From Pelomyxa schiedti (taxonomy: Eukaryota > Protista > Evosea), in contig JAHLWZ010000833.1 of the NCBI GenBank assembly GCA_020536535.1, positions 1-64,000 on the forward strand: a stretch of DNA of 64,000 nucleotides. Direction: 5' to 3'. Every line of letters starts with the position of its first letter. Position 1 is the stretch's first letter. The notes beneath the pieces were generated by a model. The model was not told the DNA's origin. It made no database searches and was given only the letters and a program-made list of their open reading frames with translations. This document shows, piece by piece, positions 32,580-44,085 of this stretch. The position numbers were made by a program, and so were the translations under genes.

Positions 32580-35078
32580 TCATGGATCATTTACACACAG
32601 GGTGTCATCCAGGACAGTAGACAATGAAGCACCCTCCCTGATTCTCTTGGCGTTGGCAGCAAGTGCACGCTCATTCAAATCAGCCAGCACAGTGTCCACG
32701 CACTCAGCCACAATGAGGCTTGCCGGTCTGTCTGGTTCCGCTGCAACCCGCTGCATCACAAGCTTATGGGAAGTGAAGTTAGCCACAGAAAAAGTTGTGG
32801 TTTGAGTTTGTGTGGTTTGAGGGCTAATATTATAATGTATGAGCGAATTAGGGTTAGAAAATTAGCCAGCACACACCATATGGAGGCGTTGTAAAGCCAG
32901 AGCCCAGGAGATTCCAAATGCGGTTTGGTTGGTTTGCTCGGATCCAGCCACGAGCTTCAGGGTAGATGCGAGCTTATTCATGAAAGATTTGTGTTGTGAT
33001 TGGGGAAGCTCCGCTCCGTCAACAACCACTTCCGGCGCAGGCTGCTTATTGACATCTAAGTCCCTGTGTTTTGCCAGAAGAAGTGTTTGGTTAAGGGAAA
33101 TTGTGGGACTGAAAGTTTTCCACACCAGATTTTACACAGGCGGCTGAGCATTTGCAGTGACGCTTTCTGTACTTCTATTTGCTCTGTATTTTGTTCGCTG
33201 TACTCTGGTGAAATAATAGTGAGACAGGAGTAGGAGGAAATGATATCCGGACCTAGAATGATTCCCTTGCTTTTCATTGTTTTTAGATGCATCGAGACTT
33301 GTTGTGCTGCGACAAACGATTCTCGAACGGTTTCTACTTTGTTTGAGATAAAGTTCTCCAAATCATCAATGTACCTGGTAGATACAACTTGGTGGCCTCA
33401 ATTAACTCCTTATTTGGGATAAGTGGGATGGAAAAGAGTTAACTGTAAATACCTTCAAGCCACTGTTTGGCTTGTGCAGAGCTCCAGAGAAATTACACGT
33501 TTCACAGCGCCATTTTTTCCTTCTTCTCCAAATTGAGATATCATCAGAATCTAGTTGAAGTTGGTCTACAACCAACTGCAAATAAATTGGAATGTTACTG
33601 CATTTGGGGCACCTCTCAATGTCCTCTATGCATGCAGTTGATGCAACAGTAATGAAAATTCCTGAGAGAAATCCAGAGCGTGAGTTTTCATAGCCCGCAT
33701 TTCCCAACATACCGATTATTTTGCTATCAAGGTTGAGATTCTCCAAAACTTGTTTCATAAGCTCAAGTTCTGGAGATCCACATAAATCCGCTTTGTTGAG
33801 AACAAAGGCGATTGGAATTCCCGCAAAGGTCTCCTTGCATAATCTTTTTGGAAAAAAACAACCAAATAAATAAAAAGGGAGTAGAAAATCAGATGTCAGG
33901 AGAATGGACTTTGGGAAAGATAAAGCGCACTTGGCTTCAAAGGGCAGAAGCCTGCAAACTGTACAGTCAATAACATACCAGACAACATGGATGGCATTTC
34001 TCACAAATTGTTGTGTTGTCCTGATAAAACCCTCAGCGGTATCCATCTCAATACCCTAGTTGCTATTACACTACCGTTACAATATCATAACTCGGAAACC
34101 TTTGAGTCATAAACAAGGACAGGTGTCTCGTATCCTGATACTGAAGCAGGTGAGGAGCTGGAGGAAGTGGAGAGTGCAGGACCAAATGCCATATTCATGA
34201 CACTAGTTTTTCCAACTCCTGCGTGGGAATGTAAATTAAATGCCATGATTTTTTTTTTTTCAAAAAAAAAAAAAAGGACAACCTTTTCGCCCAACTACAA
34301 GTATATTTGGTTTCAGTTGCTGCGATGTTATCTCGTCAAATGTTTTACATAGCACAGACTCCAATGCTGGCATTTGGAAGCCTATTATGTATTAATCCTA
34401 ATTTACTGGTACTACGAGTCAAACCTGGACCCTCCAATGCTACAGAATTAGTGGTAGCAGTTCCAGTGCTAGCTGATCCAACATTTAAAGGTGTAACAAT
34501 ACCTAATTAAAACCAAGGGGTTATTTTCGAAGCCCTTGCAAATCACAAAAGTACCCAAAAATAAGAACACAAACCCATAACTCAAAAAAAGGAAGGCTTG
34601 TTCCACGAAGTAGTAATAGCATACCCGAAGGTTGTACAGAAGCACTGCCAGATTGCGTGCCAGGCAGCCCGACGTTGCTCCCTGGCGGCACCGACGACAC
34701 GCCAACCCACATCGTCGTCGTGGCCATCGACGTCGTGGTTGCTGTGCCGCCTCCTCCCATAATCGCGGTGATGGGCGCGGACAATACGCCGGGCGTCTGT
34801 TGCTGCTGCTGCGCGGGCTGCTGCTGGGCGATGGCACTGGTTATTATGGGGCTGGGGTTTGCGGGAGGGATCGACGCCGACGAGGACGAAGAAGACGTGG
34901 AGGAGGACGAAGAAGAGGACGACGACGCCGTGGTCGTGGGCGCGGACGACGATGCAACCCCCGTGATGCTGGTGCTCACGACGGAAGAAGGAGGCGCAGT
35001 GGTTGGGGCCACCTTATCCGCCGACGACAGCGCCGGAGGTATCGTCATCTCGCTCACACGAAACTGCGACGACGCCAT
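32580..35078 (-). CDS. P-loop GTPase of bacterial GTPase+DUF697-like type, with zinc-ribbon insert and low-complexity N-terminus
   Basis: KPNILVVGRKG-VGKTS (G1), VYDSKG (G3), IHVVWYVID, VLNKAD (G4), CPKC...CETC, ESFVAAQQVS and QMLSRLCKIW. Confidence 0.7.
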
Positions 35079-35264
35079 TGGGGTATGATATGTACCAATA
35101 GCGAAGGAACCGCGAAGGCCAATCGAGAAAAAAAAAAAAAAAACCAAAGGAAGAGGGGAAAAAAGGCCAAAAAAATAAAGCCGAAGCTTAGTGTAAACAA
35201 CATTAAAAGTGCACGAACGAGATGATCGGTGCCCAATAATTAACAGTGATTCCCCTGCATCCGC

Positions 35265-35831
35265 TCAACTGTCCAACTGTACAAGGAGTGAGACGAGGGC
35301 CTCAGTGGCATCCTTCAAGTAGCCATCACGCAATAGGTTTCGAGCCTGAGGCAGATCAGTCTCGGCCAGGGTCAGCACCCAAGCGATGGCGTCGTGGAAT
35401 GCCACGTGCTTCGCATAAACGTCTTTCCAGGAGGGCTTTGGGGGAGGCCCCAATGTCCCACCGGTGGCCGGCGATTTTCTGTGGGTCACTCTTACGGAAT
35501 GGGAAGTGCTGACTGGGGTCCCGTTCATGGCCTTTTCCAACCAACATCCAAATTCACAGTGCTGGTAGTCTTTGGCCTTTTTCTTCATTTGCATAAGGGC
35601 GTCTTTTGGTTGACCCTCCCTGTATGATGATGTTAAGAACCAACAGTAATGAGTGCGGCTCTGTACCTTGAACCCCCAACTTCTAGTAGGAGTTTGCTGA
35701 TCCACTGTCTGTGGAGTTCAATAGCGCGTTTGATGTCTGGTTTGGGGGGCGGCTAGCAGGAGGTGAGACGTGTAGTGTATGGTACTATCTACCTGTTCTT
35801 GCTGCGTTCTTACAGAGGCAGTACAACCCAT
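35265..35831 (-). CDS. Stand-alone CZB (chemoreceptor zinc-binding) domain protein with N-terminal MGC lipidation motif, 3 exons, 159 aa
   Basis: Exons 35831-35793, 35752-35667 and 35619-35265 with GT-AG introns of 40 and 47 nt join in frame: MGCTAS...AIELHRQWISKL...KDYQHCEFGCWL...AKHVAFHDAIA...ATEALVSLL, giving the His, Cys, His, His ligand pattern of CZB. Confidence 0.8.
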
Positions 35832-36562
35832 GGGTGATGAGAGAATAACTGGGAACAAGTGGGTTTAATTTAACTGAAGACCGAAGTTCTCATCCACTGT
35901 TTGCAGGCGGTGAAAAATGTCCCGTCTAACGGAGCTGAACATTCGGCTTTATGCTGACGAAAGAGGAAGAAAACATCACAATCAAGGGTGGCTCGTCCCT
36001 TTACTTGGCAAATAAGGCATAGACGACAGAATCCTGGAAATTTCGAAATGTCTCAGATTTACAGATGTGGAACCCCGAGACGGAATGAGCTTGGATTTTA
36101 GCTGGGTGATCACATCAGGGAGTTTTGAGCTGAACTACAACTCGCTTTGGTGGAGCATACTCTGTCAATGAGAAATTCTTTGTTACAAGACTGGCAAAAA
36201 ATTTTTCGTTTTTAGTCTGTCAGCTTTTTTTTTTTTGTTGGGCTGTGGGATGGAAGATTTGAAATAGTGTCAGGCAGTGCCTGTGTGATGCCTACCTACT
36301 GATGGAGAGGAGCCCTTTTAGCAGATTCCATTCCACAAGGTGGATCTTTCCTGCGTCAGAGCCCATAAATGGGGTTGTGGTTTGTGCCGAGCTTTCAGTC
36401 TGGGGAAAAAGTGTCAATCAAAAAAAGGCAACAGGCAATGCCTGGTGGCGGCTGGTTAATGTGTAAGGTGCGTAAAAACAAACAAACAAGCAAACCCAAA
36501 CAATTAAATCCCCTGCTCATAGCCCAACGCGGTAAAGGGAAGAAACTTGCTTAGAATCGGGA

Positions 36563-39500
36563 ATGATCTTGCTGCGATTTTCGCTTTTCTTTTTTCTTCT
36601 GGGATTCCCACTATCTCTCCTTTCTTCTGCTGCAGGTGTTTATTTATCCAAAGAGTTAGAATCACTCCCAATTCTTACTCACCTTTCCTAGCACAAAGTA
36701 CTCCAGAAGGTGAATGTGGAGTGAGGTGCTGGCTGGATAATTTGATTGTAGTGATTCCTGATCAGCAAGCAGAATTCAATTATACCATTGCTCGTGTGCT
36801 GCATGAAGTTAGTGTGAATTTGACATCCATAAAATGCAGCCTGTCATCCCTTGGGCCTGTTTCTTCTACCACGAGGCAAGAATTCTCGGTTCCTTCCGGT
36901 GATCAGATTGGATTTCTGAGCCTGCAAATGAGAAATGTGAGCCTGGAATGCAGTGCTGTCTTTAACATGACAAACACCCATAATGGGAAAAGCACTCACG
37001 AGAATGGATTGGCTAATGCTGTTCTGTCTGAAATGGATGCTGAACTCACTCTGACTCTGACGCGACCGGGGTCAACCTGTTCTCAGGCCCTGATCGCCGG
37101 GGTAGAGCACTGCAATATATCACAGCCAAACCTCACTGTGACTACTGTCCCCGAGCCGGCATCCTCTTCAAGTACAACAGTAACCTCGGAGTTGCTTTAC
37201 CAGGCCATGAACTCTCTCTTTGGACTGCAGTTTAATATCTGTGGTATCGTGTCAAATATCATTTCCACCAATGTGTCCGCTGGGATGTCTGATATCCACT
37301 CCAAGTTGGAGACAGCGGCAGCACCAAGACCGCCACCATTTATTTCCTCTCCAGACGAGGGAGCCTTGGATTTAAACACGTCTCCATTTCTGAATGCCAT
37401 CCAGTACGTGGCAAATGACTTCATTGGAACTGATGGAATAGTTGGCTTGAACTTCGTGTTTTCGAAGTTAACTAATGGCACAGGTTTCGTTCAGCCATAT
37501 TGCAGTTTATCAACTCACCTTTGACTATAGGTTACCTCAACATCAGTAGTGGGGATTCCAACAGAACTTTCACAGTGGTCGTTCCAAACTTTGGTTCTGT
37601 TGAGGTGAAAATGAAGAAAATTTGGATTGGAGGGCTGGACAGCTGGAATTTGTTTGACGTACTCGAACCTCTTGATGCCTATACCCTCTGGTCTGGAGTA
37701 GCACTCAAGTCATTTGCAATTGGCGCAGAAATTGAAATTTCCTTGGATATTGTAAACTCCTCATACATAGTTGACCCCTATATATTGGAAGAGTCGATTA
37801 CATTGTCAGTCGAACTGTCGCAGATAAATATATCCTCAGTGATGGATGTAGCTCTGTATCTTGAAAGAGCCGAAAGTTATACTAACTCCCAGTGCCGTGA
37901 CATAGGATGCTTCATAGCATTATTTGAGGAAAACCAAACAGCACTTGTTAACATCATTTTGAACATGTCTGATGTGGATATGGCTGTAAAATTAAACAGT
38001 GGTGGTTCTGATAGTGATGATATTGATAAGTTAGTGAATGACCTTGCAGTATGGTTCATAAGCTCTTTCATAGACTGCGCTCCCGATGTTGTGAGTGGAA
38101 TTGCAGCGGGACCAGTCCTCACCGCTGTCAACTCAGAAATTACTACTGTCCTGTCAGATTCCGAATGTGAGCCTAAAGCTGATGCACGAGGTAGTATGGA
38201 ACTACCAAATCCCTATTCTACATTCGGCTCTGCTTTTGGCGCTGTAGTTGCTTTTGTGGTACTAGTATGCATTGGAATTTATGTCGATGGCTACTTGAAA
38301 TCCAGAGTTCAAATAAAAACTATTGTCCCTAGTGAATCTGAGATCATTACTCAAGACGGTTCAGCACCAAAGTACCAAGACGCAATATCTTCCCCACGGG
38401 CTGAGAAGGCTCCACTGCTGGAAAAAGGATCGAAGACAGAGCCTACCCCAAGTGGTCCATGCCTACTGTTGCATCCCAAACTCCATGGAATTGTGAGATA
38501 CGGCATTCCTGGCCTGATTATGCTCACAGCAGTAATGCTGATCTCCGGGAATACCTCAGGTGGTGCTCAGGTCATTCTGGTCGTAGTCACAAGCACAAAG
38601 CGCATTATTTCCTTTGACCCTATCTTTATATTTACCTTAGGAAACAGTATTCGAGTAAGCAAATTTCAATCAATCAGTACTCCAGCTAACCCTTCCAACA
38701 GGATATGTGGGAAGCTGGAATATGGCCCCTTTCCTTGCTGATTGCCGTTTTCTCTGGTGCTTGGCCTTATTTAAAACTGCTGTTAATGTTTGGCGGCTGG
38801 ATTGCTCCCGCTTGGATCCTTTCTGTAAAAAGGCGAGAACTCTTGCTGATGATCTTAGGTACTTTCAATGACGGATAACGTAAGGTCTCACACCCATCCT
38901 AGATGCACTTGGAAAGTGGTCTCTTATTGACTCCTACGTGATGATTCTCACCTTGGTTGGCTTTAATCTGAAAATCGAAATGCCTGTCCATGAAACAGAA
39001 ATGTACGAGCCCTCTGGCGACTTTGTCATTGAAGTAGTCGTGGAACCTCTTTACGGTTTTACGATATATATCCTTGCGACAGCTGTGTCTCTCACGTTAT
39101 CCCACATAATTGTTGCGTTGCATAGATATAGCGAGGGTACTGCTAAAAGCAGTGAACCACAGGGCAAAGACGGGAATCCTCCCTCAGCGTGCAATGCCCT
39201 TTGCGTTACAGCTTTGCCATCAAGGAGCATAAGAGCCCGAGTTGCCTTTGCAGTCACTGTTGGGGTGCTGATCACCTTTGCCTTGGTTCTTCTCCTTATG
39301 GGGATTATTTATCCCTCTTTCAAGTACGTGTTTGGCGGTGCCGTGGGGTGGTTCCTTACTGCTACTGGGCAGCCCATTGAGGCAGAATACTCTGTCCTTT
39401 CACTCACCAGAGCAATTCCGCGCAGTACGTGCGGTCTCAAGATGGCTGCCACCAGAGTTATTCAGGTGGTTTTTGCAACTACATCCATATTTGCACCACT

Positions 39501-40017
39501 TGGCCACCTTGTTTCTCTGGTCATACTTTGGTTCATGCCAATGTCAGTTCGAGCCCAGAGAGGCTGGTACACACTTTGTGAAGTTCTCAATGCCTGGTCG
39601 TCAATTGATGTAAGTATTCCAATAAGAATAATAAATGTGCTCAACAACAAAACATCACGAATTATGTATTACCCAATAACATTACATATTAAATACTTTT
39701 GGCAAGTGCACTCACCCAAGACCCATTTTTAAAAATGTAAATAGGTATTCATCGTGGCCATAATCACGGCGCTTCTGGAAATACAGCAATTCGCGCAATT
39801 CATCGTCGCCGGGCCGTGCGGCGGCGTCAACGTAATTCTGGAGGACCACCTGGGCGACGGCGCCACGTGCTTCGACGTCGACGCCAAGCTGCTGAGCGGG
39901 TGCTGGCTTCTGTTCGGAGCCTGCGTGGTGTATGGAGTAACCTCGGTCTGGGTCATGAGGGTGTGTCACCAGGCCTTGCTGGGAGGCAGGGGTAGGACCC
40001 CTACCTCTGTCAACTAA
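36563..40017 (+). CDS. Signal peptide + large beta-rich luminal region (BPI/TULIP-like) + two PqiA (paraquat-inducible protein A) membrane domains
   Basis: Exon 1 MILLRFSLFFFLLGFPLSLLSSAA; FTLGNSIRDMW..LIAVFSGAWPYLKL..LGKWSLIDSYV and a second repeat YSVLSL..FAPL..NAWSSIDVFIVA match the PqiA WSxxD motif. The TULIP-like call is inference. Confidence 0.75.
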
Positions 40018-40099
40018 CCCTGGGGGGCGTTATGGGGCTTGGGTCTGGTCACTCCGTCTGGGAGTGGCACTCTCTGCCAATGGCTACAACCACAATAAG

Positions 40100-41430
40100 T
40101 GATGGATGTATTAATACTTGCATTTTTGATCTTTGGTTTTCTCCTTCTTGTCATGGGTGTGATTGACCAACTGGATCATGGGGGGCAAAGTGAAGGTCAG
40201 TGTTTTGCTCTCTGATAAACCAAGGGTGAAGAGAGTGAGGACAGCACCAAGGTTTTTTTTACCACTTCTGAGGAGAAGGTTCACCTGTGGGCAGAAGATT
40301 TTTGTACCAAAGCTATGCAAGGAGAAATTGGAGATCTCTTCCAATCAATCTACCTCTTTTGCCACTAATGTCTCAACAACCTCCTGACTCTGAGGTGGAA
40401 AACATCATTACTTACTGTGGAGAGAAAAACACCATGAGGGCCAACAGCAGTGACTCTGAGAGTAATGGTGCAAAAGGATCTAAGAGAGGCTTCCAAGAAC
40501 AGATATGAGGGGCATGGCACCTGCTCCTGCTGGTACTTATCTCATAAGGCAATGAACTCCAAAGTGTGGGAAGTATGTATTCTTCATAGCTTGTGCTGTG
40601 GGACTTACCTTGATAGGATTTTAAACCTGTTCTATCATAGTGGAAACTGTGATTGAGGCAAATGCCTGGTGTTGGAACTACACCTGGGCTTAAAAAACAA
40701 GCAAAATCAGAAGCAAAGACCATTGAATATCCACAACCAAAGAAATCATTCTGCACTAATTATGAGCCTCTTCACCATTTGGTCAGATAACCAGTTTCAA
40801 GCAGCTAAAAAAAGCTCTTGTTTCCTTCCTGTGTAACTGAAAGTTTATTTGCTGGGTTGTTGTATACAATGTTCAAGGTTGTAAACTTGTTACATGCACA
40901 GTAATGAATGTAATTCACCAGATTCCAATTTGAAGATTGTGCTCTTGCTGTGTACCAATAGCTCCACCACCTCTAAGAGATGATGACATACATCCTACCA
41001 ACAAGTACTGTACAGTACAAGTGTTCAAGAAGTACCTCAAACTCCACCTTCTGTGACAACAACAACTTCAGTGCTAAAACCACCAAAAACCACAGTTTTT
41101 TTTTGTTTTAACTGTTTATAGAATATCTGGGGATTTCTCATTTCTCTTCTGAATTGCTGGTGACATTACAAGCTGCACTGTGAGACACAGACCTACAGCT
41201 TGCAGGAAAGTCATCTGCAAATGCACAAAGGAAAGCCATCTCTGACTGGGCTGCAAAAACTGGAAACATGGAAACAACAAAAACAGTGGTGGCTTCTATC
41301 AAAGAAAAGCAAGCACAAGCTGTTCCTCAGCAACAGTCATGCAAATGCAGACCTTTAGCTTCACAAGTGGCACCCATTCCCAAGGAGACTGCCACAGCAC
41401 CTCAGCCAAAACAACCCCAAAAGCGTTAAA
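40100..41430. pseudogene. Decayed coding-like or mobile-element sequence, CpG-free
   Basis: Short interrupted frames on both strands; no CG dinucleotide between 40057 and 41423; family not identifiable. Confidence 0.35.
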
Positions 41431-41898
41431 ACCTTGGCTCCAGACCACAATGATACAACCAACTTGAAAACCAGTGTCCTGAAAACACTCCAGTGGCTTG
41501 CAAAAGTTGTGAAAATTTTTTTGAAAAAATTGAACTGGGCAGAGGAGGGTGGTGTTGGCCGCAGAAAAGTCGCAGGCAACTCGTGTGTTGGTGGCTAAAC
41601 AAGGAAACCGCATCCCGGGACAACTTTCGCATTTGTCGAAACCAAGTTAATGTCGGGACCGTTGTGGCGGTTTCCAATGTAGTACCAAAGTGTGTCGTTT
41701 TGTGCGGCTGCGCATTCTATTGGGTGTTCCGTGTAGGAACAATCACACAACATTTTTTCGTCATTCCTTACAATCTTTGCGACAATATTTGTGTGGCTTG
41801 TGGCATTCAGTCAAGACTGGGGGTGAATTGGTCGATCTTTCTGGCGTGTATCGGCACTCGCTATGGTTTTAGCGACAATATTTCGACTGATATCGACA

Positions 41899-42975
41899 CA
41901 TGTGGCGACCTTTTCGGCAAAGCTTATCGACTTGGCGTGTCACTGTCTTCTCAGTGAATGGACCAGTGGGTTACACAGAAGCGGAACCAGGGCCTTTGAA
42001 GAAGGGGTGGCTCTTTCTACTGTATATGAATATAAGAAAAGACCACGACATGGAGGAGGTCGGCCAACAAAGATGTCACCAGAGGTTCTATGTATGTTGA
42101 AAGAATTTATTTGTAAAGAAGGGTCTTCCACTAGAGCTGAACAAATCGAATTTCTGTTGGCTAAGACTGGAAAGCTATTCAAGTTTTGTTCCTTCTTCTA
42201 TAATTTAATTGTAACAATGATCAAGTGTCACAAATATTTCACGAGCAACAAAAAAACTAGGATTCAAGTTGCGCTATACAACTAAAAAGAAAATCGGCTC
42301 TGAAAATGAGGTGCTAGGGTTTTTTTTTCTTTGATTTTCATCTATCTCACATAGTAGTTGTTTCCCTAGGGCTCTAGAATCTTATGGTGGTTGCACCCGA
42401 TAACAGACATTTTAACTCCAGGGTTTGTTTGATCCTAATACCTGTCATAATTATATTATTAACCAAGTCCTTGAAGGATATGCTCGATATGGATGAAATG
42501 GGCGGTGACATGAAATCAACATGCAGAAGGCAATGACATTCATTACCTGGGGGTCTGTCCGTGTCAAAATTGTCAGGCATCTTCAGTTTCCTACTTCTGG
42601 GATTGCCTAACTCCTCACATACAGCCATCTGCCTCCAAAAGGCTTAATTTGATCATGGCTGCAGATATCAATGTTGGGGTGATTGCCCCTTTTGTCTTCT
42701 TGGAGAGTTTCAATGTTCATGGTTTTTATTGTTGGCTTGCCACACTTTTACTTCCTGCAATTCGAGGAAGACCCAGGGTGTGCCTGATGGATAACCACAA
42801 ATCATTTTTACGCAGACCTGTCAGCTCTCCTGATTTTGCCTGGAAGAAACCTGCTTTGGGACCATCAAGCAAAATCTCCGTAAGAACACCAAACTTTTCC
42901 CGCCTATGCAGCACACAGTCATTACTTTGTTCCAGGACAAGTCTATCAAGTGTGTGCTTTTGGCACAATGTTTAA
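41899..42975 (+). mobile_element. Degenerate Tc1/mariner-IS630 (DDE_3) transposase
   Basis: HTH region GVALSTVYEY..GGRPTKMSPE; first Asp in LDMDEMG; second Asp in VCLMDNH; PVSSPDF then frameshifted EETCFGTIKQNLR. Stops, a frameshift and an apparent deletion between DNH and SPDF; no TIR pair found. Confidence 0.8.
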
Positions 42976-43463
42976 AGGAAACAGAAAGTTTTTCTTTTTA
43001 AGTGGTTTTTGTTGTTGGGTTAATGTGCACACTTGAAGCACTGTTTTGATTGACAGGAAGCCGGTTGGTAACTTCTGTAGAAGACCCATTCCCTATTGCT
43101 TGATTCCAGTGGTTACTGCTAACGGAAAGTTGAAGCAGCCTCCAACGGCCTGTGGATAATCATGTCATTAGACTGTTGTTGATAGAAAACTGTGCCTTCA
43201 TAAGCCTGCATGACAGAAACCAAAAAAGAAAGGACTGCTTTGGTTGTATCAGTACTCTCACATAATGGTGTCATGTAAAGAATGAATTCTAAAACGCCAA
43301 TGAAGATAATGAAAAGTGAAAGAATATAATACTTTTCAAAGCATCTGTGCCCGGGCTTTTTTCATTGGTGGTTCCTGAGCATTGGTACCTTTTTTAAAAT
43401 AAGTTTGAGGTTGATAACTACATAATAAACCTTGGCTCTGACCTGAGTCTTGGTCATCCTCGA

Positions 43464-43644
43464 TGTGAGGCATTCAGTGATTTCCCAAAATAAATCACCT
43501 CCATTTCGGTGGTTTGTTTATGTTCCTTACCCACCAATGGCCGTACTTCACTCTGTTGTCAATAATTTTTCAAAAGTGTTATGTGAGAAATACCTTGGAA
43601 GCATTACACTTGGCAATGCTGTAAGAAGAGTGATACCGGATTTG
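43464..43644. repeat. Local dispersed repeat, copy A (short)
   Basis: cattcagtgatttcccaaaataaatcacc...gaagcattacac is near-identical to 45031-45170 and to 48848-49040 (interrupted there); its tail gctgtaagaagagtgataccggatttg recurs near 49139-49165. Confidence 0.9.
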
Positions 43645-43683
43645 CAGTGGTGAGCACAATTTGTGTGCCAACTGTGTAGGATG

Positions 43684-43963
43684 TTACATTACGGAAAAGA
43701 TACACCTTAGAGCATTTTCAATCAAGTGCCCAATATGTGCTAATCACTTCACACAAATTGACATCAAACATGCTGTAGACAATTCAATGTATGAGAGATT
43801 CAAGGCTTAGAGCAAAGAAGTCTCTGATCAGGGAGGTGTACCTAAGAATCTCTCATATGTTGAATTGTCAAGAGTACGTTTGATGTCAATTTGTGTGAAG
43901 TGGTTAACACCTCTTGGGCACTTGATTGGAAATGTTCTAAGGTGTATCTTTTCCGTGATGTAA
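43684..43963. repeat. Inverted repeat, 118-bp arms, 44-nt spacer
   Basis: 43684-43801 is the reverse complement of 43846-43963 with 13 substitutions and no indels by my alignment. Confidence 0.92.
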
Positions 43964-44085
43964 TAGAGATTAGGAGAGTGATGGAGGGAAGAATTACATT
44001 AATAATTCCCCTTATCACATCATAGACTTCTGTCATTGAAGGCTGTTGAATTGAATTGTTACTCAGGTCATGGCAATGTGACTTA

